Virus record (IMG/VR): IMGVR_UViG_3300027747_002460
Strand: one strand, 5' to 3'
From: a virus
DNA: 64,000 nt
The translations under genes were made by a program, and so were the position numbers. The notes under the pieces are model-generated. The model ran no database searches and was not told where the DNA came from. It saw only the letters and a program-made list of their open reading frames with translations. Every line of letters starts with the position of its first letter. Within the stretch, counting starts at the first letter, position 1. Shown one piece after another: positions 26,412 through 36,228 of this stretch.

Positions 26412-26741
26412 TCACTTCCACACGCACCACAGAGGCCCGCCGCTCTTGTGGCCATCTGCGAACGTGGTCTCGCCAAACGCGCTCTTGGTGCGCACGTTGA
26501 AAGCCATCTTGAACAGGTTGCCGTTGTCTGTGCGCTCAACCACCGTGAGCCAAGGATCCTCAAATGCGCTGGTTGCTGCTCGGAAGCCGTTACTGCCCCA
26601 GGCAATCATGGTGGTACCAGCCTGACCTACCACCGTGAAGTTCTCACCTGTTTGGAAGTAGCAGGTTATGGTAGCCGGAGCATCTGCTGCTGCAGCTGGC
26701 ATGGCCAAAAGCGCGGCCAAAATTAAAAAAATCTTTTTCAT
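26412..26741 (-). CDS. Putative secreted protein
   Basis: Signal peptide MKKIFLILAALLAMPAAAA. Confidence 0.6.
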   Translation of the reverse strand: MKKIFLILAALLAMPAAAADAPATITCYFQTGENFTVVGQAGTTMIAWGSNGFRAATSAFEDPWLTVVERTDNGNLFKMAFNVRTKSAFGETTFADGHKSGGPLWCVWK

Positions 26742-27535
26742 GTGCGGGTTTCCAATCTCTGCTTCAGCATATGCTGATCTCGCAAAATGTCAATGGTCTG
26801 ATGATCAATCATGATGCCCTGATGGTGCAGGATGGAACTGGCCCTAGCATGGTCCAGGCTCAACCAATCATCAGTGTCAGCAGCTGAGAGATGCCACTGC
26901 TCGTAATGACCATAGATCCATTCCAGCTGCTGCCAGTTAGAGATCCATAGCCTGTAGTCATTGGGGCTGCGCTGGCAGGGCTGGCACTGCAGGTCTGGGT
27001 GATAGGTCACGCCTAGCTGCTCACACAACCATGCGGGTCCTGAGCTGATCAACTGCTCATAGTAGATGTTCACGACTCTATGATAAGCCAAGCTGGTATC
27101 CAAGTCTTGGTACCACAATGCCAAGATCTCATAGATGTGCACGAATTCACTGGCATCTACCTGACAGGGTTGTGGTTGCTTGTTGGTGTAATCGTGATAT
27201 TCTCCGGTTATCCTAGCCACAATATTGCTCATTATGATGTGAAACAAGCTTCTCCTGCGGCTGACTACCAAAGTGATCATAGAGGGATCCAGACCATATG
27301 CCCTGGGATCAAAGAAGGCATCATGGCTGTGTATCACGATGTCGTGATCGGTGTGCTGCGCGAGGTAAGCTATGCTATCAGGATCATCCTTGGTGAACAC
27401 AGCATCACACAGTCCACCGTGGCTGCCGTCGGGGCTGCCGGATGAGCTTATCATCTCGCACAGCATGAGACTGCCAGTGCGACCTGGACCAACCACCGCA
27501 TATATCCTGCGAGATACATCTGCCACCGACGTCAA
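26738..27535 (-). CDS. Sulfotransferase-like P-loop protein
   Basis: VVGPGRTGSLML, IHSH, SRRRS, IYYEQL; start moved to the TTG overlapping the upstream stop. Confidence 0.55.
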   Translation of the reverse strand: MTSVADVSRRIYAVVGPGRTGSLMLCEMISSSGSPDGSHGGLCDAVFTKDDPDSIAYLAQHTDHDIVIHSHDAFFDPRAYGLDPSMITLVVSRRRSLFHIIMSNIVARITGEYHDYTNKQPQPCQVDASEFVHIYEILALWYQDLDTSLAYHRVVNIYYEQLISSGPAWLCEQLGVTYHPDLQCQPCQRSPNDYRLWISNWQQLEWIYGHYEQWHLSAADTDDWLSLDHARASSILHHQGIMIDHQTIDILRDQHMLKQRLETRT

Positions 27536-27771
27536 TCTCCTGCCATGCGTGCCCAGGCCCACTCTTCTTGCTTCATGTACGCCACAGGCTTGAGCCAGCC
27601 TCGATTGCTGGCTTCTAGTATCGTGTCTCTGACGCTGTCTGGACAATCAGGATGTATCACCATGACAGCACGCTCGTAGCGAGCCATGCCCTCACGAAAA
27701 TCAAATCCCTGATCGCCAGGCAGCAGTTTCACAGTGTCTTCAGCGTAGTGGTGTGTGCTAAACTCTATCAT
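27532..27771 (-). CDS. Hypothetical protein
   Basis: 79-aa ORF in a coupled run. Confidence 0.55.
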   Translation of the reverse strand: MIEFSTHHYAEDTVKLLPGDQGFDFREGMARYERAVMVIHPDCPDSVRDTILEASNRGWLKPVAYMKQEEWAWARMAGD

Positions 27772-27774
27772 GCT

Positions 27775-28128
27775 TCAGCCTCCCCAGATGTCATCATGCA
27801 GAGCATGTGTCTTGTCTGAGCTGCGATAGAGATCACGATGTGTGAGGACACGATTCATCTTGAAGGTATAGTTGGTGATGAATGCCCCAAGGCTAAGCAG
27901 TAAGATATGTCCCACGACCCAATAAGGGAACAGCAGCATCCAGCCCACCATGGCACAGAATATAAAGCTCCACATGGAAGCTAATACTACCATCAATTGA
28001 TATCGTGGCATCACTGGCAATGCCGCCAGTGGATTGTGATTGGCATCCATCACGGGGTACCATAATTTTGTTTTGATTCTATTTATCATGTTACCACTCC
28101 GGTCTTGTCTGTACGCTGATAGAATCAT
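27775..28128 (-). CDS. Two-TM membrane protein, paralogue A
   Basis: VMDANHNPL...RYQLMVVLASMWSFIFCAMVGWMLLFPYW. Confidence 0.7.
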   Translation of the reverse strand: MILSAYRQDRSGNMINRIKTKLWYPVMDANHNPLAALPVMPRYQLMVVLASMWSFIFCAMVGWMLLFPYWVVGHILLLSLGAFITNYTFKMNRVLTHRDLYRSSDKTHALHDDIWGG

Positions 28129-28334
28129 TCATTTCTCTTCATCCTTTAACCACGGTTCAGAACCTTGACCATAGTTCTCAGTCCACTGTAGTTCTGCTTT
28201 TCCTTCTAGTGCTTGGATTGCTTGTTTTTGTGCCCAAGGATCCATAGTATATAACTGTATATCACGAAGAATCGCTTCTAGTTTCTCAACACGATCTAAA
28301 GCATCATGCCATCGTTCTTCCATTCGGTTTGCCA

Positions 28335-28649
28335 TCATCCACCCCAGAGATCATCGTGATGAGCATGTCTGCCATCTTTGCTGCGATACATGTCACGATG
28401 ATTTGGCTTGTTAACTGAATCAAAGGTCCAACGAGTCACAAATGTTCCTAGTGTCAACAGAGCAATATGCCCGAGAATCCAATAAGGAAACAGCAGCATC
28501 CAGCCCACCATGGCACAGAAGATGAAGCTCCACATCATGGCCAACACGGTCATGATCTGGTAACGAACCAGCGCCGGTAATGCCATCAAGGGATTCTTGT
28601 CAGGATCCATCAGTGGGTCCCAGATACGTGTGCGTATGTGCCGGATCAT
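28335..28649 (-). CDS. Two-TM membrane protein, paralogue B
   Basis: LMDPDKNPL...RYQIMTVLAMMWSFIFCAMVGWMLLFPYW; shares an identical 32-nt stretch with paralogue A. Confidence 0.7.
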   Translation of the reverse strand: MIRHIRTRIWDPLMDPDKNPLMALPALVRYQIMTVLAMMWSFIFCAMVGWMLLFPYWILGHIALLTLGTFVTRWTFDSVNKPNHRDMYRSKDGRHAHHDDLWGG

Positions 28650-29077
28650 GCCGTAGCTCCCTGTGTTGCTTGTTCATGCGCTATGGTCATGATGCGGTTG
28701 ACCATGCTGCGCACTCCGTTAGCCCGTTGGCTGCTGATGTGGCTCTGCAGATCTAACCTAGTGAATAATTCGCTCACGTCTCTGGTCAAGATGTCCGTGG
28801 GCGCATGATCGTCATAGTAGGCCAGCACTAGTGCTATCAAACCTCTAACAATGTGAGCATCGCTGTCACCTCTGAATCTCAGTCTGCTAGTCTTATCATC
28901 CAGCTCACTGACCATCCACACCTGGCTGGCGCAGCCTAGCACGCGATTCTCATCCGTGCGCAGGTGTGGTTCAAGCTGACCCAGGTTCTTGCCCAGATCA
29001 ATGATGTAGCGATAGCGATCTTCCCACTGCTCCAACAGCCTGAAGGTTTCTTCAACTTCTGTGAGGTCCAAGATCAT
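28646..29077 (-). CDS. sufE: SufE family Fe-S sulfur-acceptor protein
   Basis: WEDRYRYIIDLGK, VLGCASQVW, GDSDAHIVRGL, SSQRANG. Confidence 0.9.
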   Translation of the reverse strand: MILDLTEVEETFRLLEQWEDRYRYIIDLGKNLGQLEPHLRTDENRVLGCASQVWMVSELDDKTSRLRFRGDSDAHIVRGLIALVLAYYDDHAPTDILTRDVSELFTRLDLQSHISSQRANGVRSMVNRIMTIAHEQATQGATA

Positions 29078-29159
29078 CAAGATCCCCAATAGTTTTCTGG
29101 CAACCAATACCAGTCATCGCTGGGCATATCTTGGTCGCCTTGGACATTGCTGTGCTTGA

Positions 29160-29462
29160 TCATGATTGGCTCCTGCGGTTGCTCTTGCTCTGCTTGGCAC
29201 GCTGCTGACGCTTGAGCTTGGCTTCGATCTTGTTTGGCACATGCTCGCGAGTGTCTAGCTCGTCAAGTACCATAGCACGAATATCGTCTCCTGTCAAGCC
29301 GTTGGGCACTTCATAGAACACGGTATAGCGCATGGCCAATAGCTGGCGAGTGTGCAGAGTCTTCAACCATGTGCGTGTCCAAGCCACGGCTTCCAAGATC
29401 TCCAAGGTGGTCTCACCTCGCAGCAGCTGCTCAAAGACTCGATCTCGGTCTGTTTGCGTCAT
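29160..29462 (-). CDS. Hypothetical protein, basic C-terminus
   Basis: LDTREHVPNKIEAK...RQQRAK. Confidence 0.6.
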   Translation of the reverse strand: MTQTDRDRVFEQLLRGETTLEILEAVAWTRTWLKTLHTRQLLAMRYTVFYEVPNGLTGDDIRAMVLDELDTREHVPNKIEAKLKRQQRAKQSKSNRRSQS

Positions 29463-29610
29463 CTACAGATCTGCCGGATGTCTTCGGCACTGCGCCCAGA
29501 CTTACCCAGCTCAAGCTGGCAGTTGCTCCTGCCATATTCGCTCACTGCAAGGCCGGCCATCATGGCCACCATGGTCACTGCTACCATTATCATGTACCAC
29601 TTGTGTTCCA

Positions 29611-30078
29611 TCACCGATACTTCCCCGATCCACGGATGTCTTCTAGATTATGTGCCTGTAGATCCTCACGCCACCGCTCTCGACCCTCTGCGCTCATCTG
29701 GTTGTAATCCAACCTGTAGGCCAAGCGCCCATGTCCAAAATACACGCACATGTGGTTTTCATAGCTGACTACAACTGTATAAGCAGGTGTCATGGCCTGA
29801 CCACCAATGCCACCGTGACCAAGCGCAGTGCTGCCCCAGGTCTGTGGTCCCCAGGTCTGTGGGAACATCACAACTTCAACCTCATCTGTGTATACCCTGC
29901 GGGTCTTGGTGATCATGGGCACTGTATGGTTCTTCACAGCAGCTACCTGTTCGGGACCTGTCATGCCCTTGTAGGCCTCCCAGTCGCGATCTTGATAGGT
30001 AATCTCAGGTATGTCATGATGCACGGCTGAAGCTATAGCCCCATGCAGTGCGTCAAATGGTGATCCTAGATTCATCAT
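29611..30078 (-). CDS. Hypothetical phage protein
   Basis: FPQTWGPQTWGSTALGHGGIGGQAMT, with a 15-nt tandem duplication. Confidence 0.6.
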   Translation of the reverse strand: MMNLGSPFDALHGAIASAVHHDIPEITYQDRDWEAYKGMTGPEQVAAVKNHTVPMITKTRRVYTDEVEVVMFPQTWGPQTWGSTALGHGGIGGQAMTPAYTVVVSYENHMCVYFGHGRLAYRLDYNQMSAEGRERWREDLQAHNLEDIRGSGKYR

Positions 30079-30552
30079 TCAACTCCAAAGTATGCCTTCA
30101 TATCATTCGCCAAAACATCTTGTAATGCTTGGATAGCGATATCAGTCTGTCCTGCTGCTTGGATAGTAGGTTGAGTGACACATCTAGCACATTCCCGCAC
30201 AATCAGCTCGGCAAACTTTTGTTGAATTCTTTCTCCATCTGGAATAGCATTTGGATACTGTTCCCAATCCAATTTACAAGCCTGATCATGTAGTTCTTTA
30301 ATTCGCTTGTTCATCACTCTGCTTCCCTGATCTTCAGTCCGCATCTTGGACAAAACACGCCATGTTGCTTGTAGCTGCCATAGTTACTGTGATCACAGGT
30401 CGTGGGAACCAGTCGTTGGCTGCGCTCTAACATGTCGACGATACCCTGGGCTGTGCGCAGGCTATGGTGGCTAGGTCCTCCCATGTACACGCTGGGATGA
30501 TCCAGCATCCCAGCGATCTGTTGCACGATCAAGTCACGTTCTTCTGCCTGCA

Positions 30553-31812
30553 TCACAGGTCTCCGTCAAACTGATAGCTCCAACGAGCACCGTCCCAGAG
30601 ATCGCGCACACTGTCGATCTTGGTCTGGCTGCCAGTGTTCTTCTTGATAGCTTCCAGCAACATGGTACGGCTGTCCTTGCCATCAAACTTGCCAAACACA
30701 AACTGAGGAGCAAAGGGATCGTTTTCCTTGATGGTTGGCATCCAGTTCAGAGCATAGGTCTTGCGATCCAATCCGCTGCCCTGTACCATTCCCCAATAGG
30801 CATCATACTTGCGCACGTTGGCGGCCACTCCGATCCAGAAGTCCGTCTCAAACTCTTCAACACGCCGGCGATCGTCGTCCAGCATGAAGGCCTTGATGTC
30901 GTCCAGCTTGTCGTTGACCAGCATGTCTACCACGTTCTTCTCGTGGGTCAGCATGTCCTTGGCCTTGTGTATGCGCACGTACCAGTCGCCCTTGACCTTG
31001 ACCATGTGGCCGTCAGCAAAGCGCATGATCCAACCCTCGATGCCTTCAGCAGCGCGAGTCTTTGCGATCAGATGCTGCATGCTTTCAACAGTGCCAGGAT
31101 AAGCACGCACCACGTCCAAGGCATTGCCCTCAGCTTGTGCACGCATGTCAGCATAGCTCATGTAGGTACCTTCTACCGTGCGGCGCACAGCGATCAGCAC
31201 CAGTCGATCGATCACGTAGTCTATCACGATGCGCTGCTTGCGGCTGCACCACTCAAAGATTGGCGTCCAACCCTGATCCAGCATGCGAGCTGCCCAGCGT
31301 GCTATGTCAGGGCGAGTGGCAATGAATTCCTCGGCCTGCATGCTGACCTCGGTTATGCCCATCTTGGTGCCCCAGCGCAGGCCAGCAGCAGTCACCACGG
31401 GAGTGATCATGCTGCCGTCCAGCTTTTCCAGGATCACGTGAGGCTTGCTGAGATCGATCAGGGTGTGCTGCGTCTCATCACGCTCGTTCACGTTGAAGAA
31501 CTTGTGCAGCCGGCGCGCCATGATGGTGCCGTCTGGGTGGAACAGCAGGCCGCGGCATTCGCGGCGCACAGCAGCCAAGTTGATGAAGGGTGGGCAACGC
31601 TGAGACCCACAGCCCAGAGCCTGATCATAGGGCAGCTTGCAGCCTGGGCACCACCATTGGTCATCGGCTACCTCAGGAAAGGTGTCAGACATGCTGACCA
31701 TGTAGTTGACCACATAGCCCCAGTCGCGCTCTGCGATGATGAACTCGTCGCGGCCCTCGATGGCTGCGAGGACGTCGTCCAAGTGGCGTATCTCGGGGAA
31801 TTCGTACTGCAT
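30553..31812 (-). CDS. T4 Rnl1-like RNA ligase
   Basis: ECRGL, LHKFFN, EKLDGS (motif I Lys), FEW, EGW, VKVKGDWY. Confidence 0.9.
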   Translation of the reverse strand: MQYEFPEIRHLDDVLAAIEGRDEFIIAERDWGYVVNYMVSMSDTFPEVADDQWWCPGCKLPYDQALGCGSQRCPPFINLAAVRRECRGLLFHPDGTIMARRLHKFFNVNERDETQHTLIDLSKPHVILEKLDGSMITPVVTAAGLRWGTKMGITEVSMQAEEFIATRPDIARWAARMLDQGWTPIFEWCSRKQRIVIDYVIDRLVLIAVRRTVEGTYMSYADMRAQAEGNALDVVRAYPGTVESMQHLIAKTRAAEGIEGWIMRFADGHMVKVKGDWYVRIHKAKDMLTHEKNVVDMLVNDKLDDIKAFMLDDDRRRVEEFETDFWIGVAANVRKYDAYWGMVQGSGLDRKTYALNWMPTIKENDPFAPQFVFGKFDGKDSRTMLLEAIKKNTGSQTKIDSVRDLWDGARWSYQFDGDL

Positions 31813-31837
31813 GATCAGCTCCTGTTACTGCTTATAC

Positions 31838-31861
31838 TAGCATGGATGCGCAGGCTGTCAA
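31838..31861 (-). promoter_or_regulatory. Sigma70-like early promoter for the RNA ligase
   Basis: GGTTGACA-N13-TGCTA. Confidence 0.65.
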
Positions 31862-31877
31862 CCGATTTTGCAGGCAG

Positions 31878-32147
31878 CTATTGTGCGAGAATCTTGAGCA
31901 CAGCTGGATGGATTTGTGCTACGACGCGCAGGGCATTGCTTTGATCTTGCAGCTGGTCGATGACGTACTGCAGCTGAGACAGGCTAGCATTGGTGCTGAC
32001 CTCGCGCATGTAGGCTGCGTTAGCAGAGGTGATAGGCTGGTGGAAAGCAGCAAGCACGCGCACAGCAACTGGTTGGTTGAGAGTGGGCGTTTTGCGCACG
32101 AAGGCTTTGACATACAGAGTGGAGATGCGGGGTGCGGTGTGGCGCAT
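31878..32147 (-). CDS. Hypothetical protein between two early promoters
   Basis: AAGGAG RBS. Confidence 0.55.
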   Translation of the reverse strand: MRHTAPRISTLYVKAFVRKTPTLNQPVAVRVLAAFHQPITSANAAYMREVSTNASLSQLQYVIDQLQDQSNALRVVAQIHPAVLKILAQ

Positions 32148-32181
32148 GTGCTGGCTCCTTGCTGGCTGTTAAAACGTACAA

Positions 32182-32205
32182 TAGCACGTATGTCCAAGAT
32201 GTCAA
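32182..32205 (-). promoter_or_regulatory. Sigma70-like early promoter
   Basis: GGTTGACA-N13-TGCTATTGTAC. Confidence 0.65.
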
Positions 32206-32876
32206 CCGAGATTATATGCCTGAGCAAGCTCTGCTAAATCTTTGATCTTGCTGTCTCTTTGGCAAAGATTTAAGTAGGTTTTGCGGTCTGTGCTCCACTC
32301 ACTGCCCGTCCACCACTCAAATCCTGGCAGATGAGCCTTGTATGCGCTGCTCTGCTCGTAGCCGCTGCCTATGTACAGATGTGCCAAGCCCCGGGTCTTG
32401 GACAGGGCTATCTCATGATCGATCATGATCCTGCCCAGGTTGATGTCGCAGTCTGTGTAGGCGTTGTATTGCGCCTCCAACCCGCCGTGATAGGCATGCA
32501 GCTTGGTAAAGCCCACTGCTCCCCCCGCAGCATCACGGGCCACCAACCATATAGCAGCATGGTCCAGATGCCCAGGATCATAGTGGGCAGAAAAGCCCTT
32601 GCGTTCTAGGTAATCGCACCATATGGCCTTAAGCTCGTGTTTGTAATCCGTACCCAGTTCAAAGGAATATCCCGGTGTTGCCAAGGGCCAATCGTAAGCA
32701 TCACAACACAGTCGAGTGCTGCGGCTCTGATACCATCTGCCTTGGTGCTGTAACCAACCCAGTGCCAGTGCTGTTGATTGCTCCTGTGCCTCACACTCCA
32801 GCTCGGCCCTGTAGCAGCAGAGATCAAGATGTTCCTGAGAACCGTGGTAGTGACTGTAGGTGACGCGCATGGACAC
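32202..32876 (-). CDS. ATE/Bpt-like aminoacyl-tRNA--protein transferase
   Basis: LALGW...WYQSRSTR N-domain; C-terminal GLAHLYIGSGY...SAYKA...FEWW...W resembles ATE_C. Confidence 0.6.
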   Translation of the reverse strand: MSMRVTYSHYHGSQEHLDLCCYRAELECEAQEQSTALALGWLQHQGRWYQSRSTRLCCDAYDWPLATPGYSFELGTDYKHELKAIWCDYLERKGFSAHYDPGHLDHAAIWLVARDAAGGAVGFTKLHAYHGGLEAQYNAYTDCDINLGRIMIDHEIALSKTRGLAHLYIGSGYEQSSAYKAHLPGFEWWTGSEWSTDRKTYLNLCQRDSKIKDLAELAQAYNLG

Positions 32877-32882
32877 AGCATA

Positions 32883-33380
32883 ATGTTAGACCTCGATACA
32901 GCCAAGAAACATGTCAGCACATGGATAGATACCGTGCTTACAGAACCCCAAGCTGAGCTCAACGGTATCAGCAGATGTCCTTTCGCAGCCACAGCGCTGG
33001 CCAAGGATCGAGTGGCCTGGGCACTGGGCTCAGACGTAGCATCTGACGTTGAGGCTGCCATAAACACCTGGCAGGACCACTCGGATATTGCTGTGATAGT
33101 TTATGATCCCAGCATTGACCCAGCGGCGTTTGCCACAGCTGTGGAATCTGCGAACCATCACATCTGCAAAGCCAGAAGCTTCGTCGCACTGGAGGATCAT
33201 CCGGCGGTACCAGAACACGTGGCAGGACTGAGCATGAACCAAGGTCAGTATGCGTTGGTACTGCTAATGCCAGCTGCCAAGCTGCATCGTGCAAGCCAGA
33301 TGTTGCGAGCCAGAGGCTATTATGACAACTGGAGCACAGAGGACATGGACGCTGTGGTTAATTGGAGATGGACATGCTGA
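32883..33380 (+). CDS. DUF1415-like protein
   Basis: WIDTVL...LNGISRCPFA; start moved to ATG 32883. Confidence 0.55.
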   Translation: MLDLDTAKKHVSTWIDTVLTEPQAELNGISRCPFAATALAKDRVAWALGSDVASDVEAAINTWQDHSDIAVIVYDPSIDPAAFATAVESANHHICKARSFVALEDHPAVPEHVAGLSMNQGQYALVLLMPAAKLHRASQMLRARGYYDNWSTEDMDAVVNWRWTC

Positions 33381-34510
33381 GCTCGCATCAACCCTGGGAC
33401 ACCCTGCGTGCATGCGCAGTTGGCATCAGCTATCCACCCGAATGGTACAGCTACATCGCCAACAGCCGTGTGCGCAAGGTCATGGAGCGCATTGCTGTCG
33501 AGACCGAGGAAGACTACCAAAAGCTGATAGCCAAGCTCAGAGAGTTCAACGTTGATGTGGTGCGTCCTGTGCTGCCTCACAGCATGGAAGAGAGATTCCT
33601 GTCCATGGGCAGATACGCCATACCGCCCATGGTCCCCAGAGATCACATGGCCATGATCGGCAATAGGTTCTTCGCAGGACGCCAGGCTCAGACCAAGACC
33701 TATCTGGGTGCGCCCAGCGACTACATGAACATAGTCAACTACGTGGCTGAGCGAGGTAATAACATAGTCTGGGACAATCGTATCAATGGCGCCATGGTCA
33801 CTCGCATAGGCAGCGATATCTACATTGGCACCAACAACAGGCATCAATTCAGGTATACATATCTCGAGACTTGGCATCTAGATCGAGAACCAACTTGGCC
33901 TGAGAAAGCACCACACGAATGGCACGAGCTCACAGTTGGGCAGCAGGAACAGTTCGTACACAACTATACTCGCAGGATCACTGACCTGTTCTCAGACTAT
34001 CGCACTCACATAGTTGACACGCAGGGCCACACAGACGGGTCGTTCTCTCCGGTCTGCCCCGGGCTGATCGTGAGCTTGGTAGATGTGCAGAACTATGCAG
34101 AGACCTTTCCTGGTTGGGAAGTGATATATCTACCAGAACAGAGCTGGAATGCCATAACTGATTTCACCAAACTCAAGCGCAAGAACAACGGAAAATGGTG
34201 GGTGCCGGGCGAGGAGCTCAATGACGACTTCACAGAGTTCGTTGAACTTTGGTTGAACCAGTGGGTTGGCTACGTGGAAGAAACAGTGTTTGACGTGAAC
34301 ATGCTGGTCATAGATCGCAAGAACGTGCTGTGTAACAACTACAACAAAGCAGTGTTTGATGCTCTAGAGCGTCACGGCATGACTCCTCACATCATCAACT
34401 TCCGACATCGCTATTTCTGGGACGGTGGCCTACACTGCATAACCAGCGACCTCGATCGCATCGGCGAACGACAGGACTGGTTCCCTGAAAGGTCGCAGAA
34501 GGCTATGTAG
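33362..34510 (+). CDS. Amidinotransferase family protein (glycine/inosamine amidinotransferase-like)
   Basis: MVPRD, GHTDG, FDVNML, WDGGLHCIT with the catalytic Cys. Confidence 0.85.
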   Translation: MEMDMLSSHQPWDTLRACAVGISYPPEWYSYIANSRVRKVMERIAVETEEDYQKLIAKLREFNVDVVRPVLPHSMEERFLSMGRYAIPPMVPRDHMAMIGNRFFAGRQAQTKTYLGAPSDYMNIVNYVAERGNNIVWDNRINGAMVTRIGSDIYIGTNNRHQFRYTYLETWHLDREPTWPEKAPHEWHELTVGQQEQFVHNYTRRITDLFSDYRTHIVDTQGHTDGSFSPVCPGLIVSLVDVQNYAETFPGWEVIYLPEQSWNAITDFTKLKRKNNGKWWVPGEELNDDFTEFVELWLNQWVGYVEETVFDVNMLVIDRKNVLCNNYNKAVFDALERHGMTPHIINFRHRYFWDGGLHCITSDLDRIGERQDWFPERSQKAM

Positions 34511-34520
34511 CAGATTGCTG

Positions 34521-34985
34521 CTAAACCAACAGCGGATTTGCCTTGAACTGTGCATAGATTTCCTCGTAGGTCTTATCAAATATGGAAATCTTGAGCAGTA
34601 TACGTTCTTCTGGCCCATTGGTCACGCTGTGGCGTCGTTGCGTGTTAAGCAATGCTGACCGGTATAGATAATCTATGCCTTCAATGGTGATTGGCGCAGC
34701 ATTTTCACTGATTATGAAATTCACTGAGCATTCCGTGCCATTGTCAGTGTGCTCTTTCAGACTGGCAAATGGCTTTAACCAATAGAATCTTGGCCTGGCA
34801 TTGATTCCCAGATCTGCGATGATCTTTTCGATATACTCGCTGGTATGCTTTTTTATCAACCAATCAGGCGTGCCCAATCCGGGTCTCGGATCAACATACA
34901 CAGATGCTGATGATTTAATCTCAGCCGCTTGCTGCAGTAGTATTTCCTTGTCTACTGTGTATTTCAGATGCAGAATTGGTTCCAT
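34521..34985 (-). CDS. Cupin/2OG-Fe(II) oxygenase-like protein
   Basis: EHTD...RHSV facial-triad pattern. Confidence 0.6.
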   Translation of the reverse strand: MEPILHLKYTVDKEILLQQAAEIKSSASVYVDPRPGLGTPDWLIKKHTSEYIEKIIADLGINARPRFYWLKPFASLKEHTDNGTECSVNFIISENAAPITIEGIDYLYRSALLNTQRRHSVTNGPEERILLKISIFDKTYEEIYAQFKANPLLV

Positions 34986-35041
34986 GGTATTGATCCTTAG
35001 ACTCTAAGCAATGATCCTATAATATCATATACGCGATCATT

Positions 35042-36058
35042 TCACAAGAATTCATCCAGTAGATGATCCACATCTTCGTGCTTGACCAGATTCCGTTTGA
35101 ACTGCTGCCAAGCTGCGGGCCAATTATAGCGAGCCTGTGCTATCTCAGCACAGACGTTGCGATCCAAGGTCAGCGCAGATTGTATCGCAGCGCCGATGTC
35201 TCGGTCCATGGCTCCAGTCTGGGGCAATATCACGTCTACGGGACCCTGCACTGGATAGGCTGCCACCGGTGTGCCCAGCACTTGGCTCTCTATCATCACC
35301 AATCCAAACGTGTCAGATTGGCTGGTGAACACCATGCAGTCAGCCTTGGAATATTCGTTGGCCAGATCCGCGCCGCGCAGCATGCCTAGGAACTGCACAC
35401 CTGGGTAGCGAGATCTCAGTGCTGGCAGATGTGGGCCATCGCCTACCATGACTAGTTCATAGACAGTGCTGTCCAGCTCACAGAAAGCTTCTAGGTTCTT
35501 TTCCTTGCTGATGCGTCCAACGCTGAGCAACCTTGGTTTGTCATTGAATGTGTGGCTAACGTAGGGCGTTAGGTTGCTGAGATCCACACCTCTGCCAAAC
35601 AGCACTACTTCGGCCTTGATGCTCTGTGCGATCAGCTCGGCTCTGATGCTGGGTGTTGGTACCATGACCTTACCATGCTGATGGAACCAGCGCAGGAATC
35701 TCCAAGTCACTGTCTCTGGTATGTGGAACAGTCGGTTGAAATACTGTGCCCACTGCGTGTGATAGGCCGTGGTCAGCGCCAAGCGTCGAAAGCTGATGCG
35801 TGCCATCAGTCCCAGTGGACCTTCTGTGGCAATATGCAGGTGATCAGGTGCGAAACTGCGCACCATCTTGCGCACGCCCCAGGGCCAACACAGCTGCACC
35901 TCTGGATACCCAGGAGCTGGCCGATTTGGAAACAGTCCCGGATGTATGACCAAGACTTCCCAGCCATCAGCCTTGGCCTCGCGCACCAGATTGGTCAGCG
36001 TGGTCACCACGCCGTTGATCTGAGGTCGCCATGCGTCTGTGACTATGCAGAGCTTCAA
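35042..36058 (-). CDS. agt: GT4 glycosyltransferase, Agt-like (monoglucosyl/glucuronosyl diacylglycerol synthase)
   Basis: IVTDAWRPQINGVV, HIATEGPLG, YHT, VGRISKEKN, DTFGLVMIES. Confidence 0.75.
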   Translation of the reverse strand: MKLCIVTDAWRPQINGVVTTLTNLVREAKADGWEVLVIHPGLFPNRPAPGYPEVQLCWPWGVRKMVRSFAPDHLHIATEGPLGLMARISFRRLALTTAYHTQWAQYFNRLFHIPETVTWRFLRWFHQHGKVMVPTPSIRAELIAQSIKAEVVLFGRGVDLSNLTPYVSHTFNDKPRLLSVGRISKEKNLEAFCELDSTVYELVMVGDGPHLPALRSRYPGVQFLGMLRGADLANEYSKADCMVFTSQSDTFGLVMIESQVLGTPVAAYPVQGPVDVILPQTGAMDRDIGAAIQSALTLDRNVCAEIAQARYNWPAAWQQFKRNLVKHEDVDHLLDEFL

Positions 36059-36228
36059 CGCAGCCTCTCGCAGCTGCCCGTGATCTTGAATCGATCAAAC
36101 TTCAGCTGATAGGTCATGCTGTTCAGTGCTGTCCTGCAGGCTTCTTCCGTGCGGAATTCCAAGCGTATGCGCCCTGGCACGTCACTGGGGTCACTCACGT
36201 GTATCGCCAACAGAACCAGGACCCACAT
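36055..36228 (-). CDS. Small membrane-anchored protein, 57 aa (absent from ORF track)
   Basis: GGAGA RBS then MWVLVLLAIHVSDPSDVPGRIRLEF...SCERLR; stop overlaps the TTG of the GT4 gene. Confidence 0.55.
   Translation of the reverse strand: MWVLVLLAIHVSDPSDVPGRIRLEFRTEEACRTALNSMTYQLKFDRFKITGSCERLR

Noticed and set aside
29835-29865. 15-nt tandem duplication giving PQTWG twice
   Set aside because: A single in-frame slippage-type duplication with no sign of phase variation; it may be an assembly or strain quirk.
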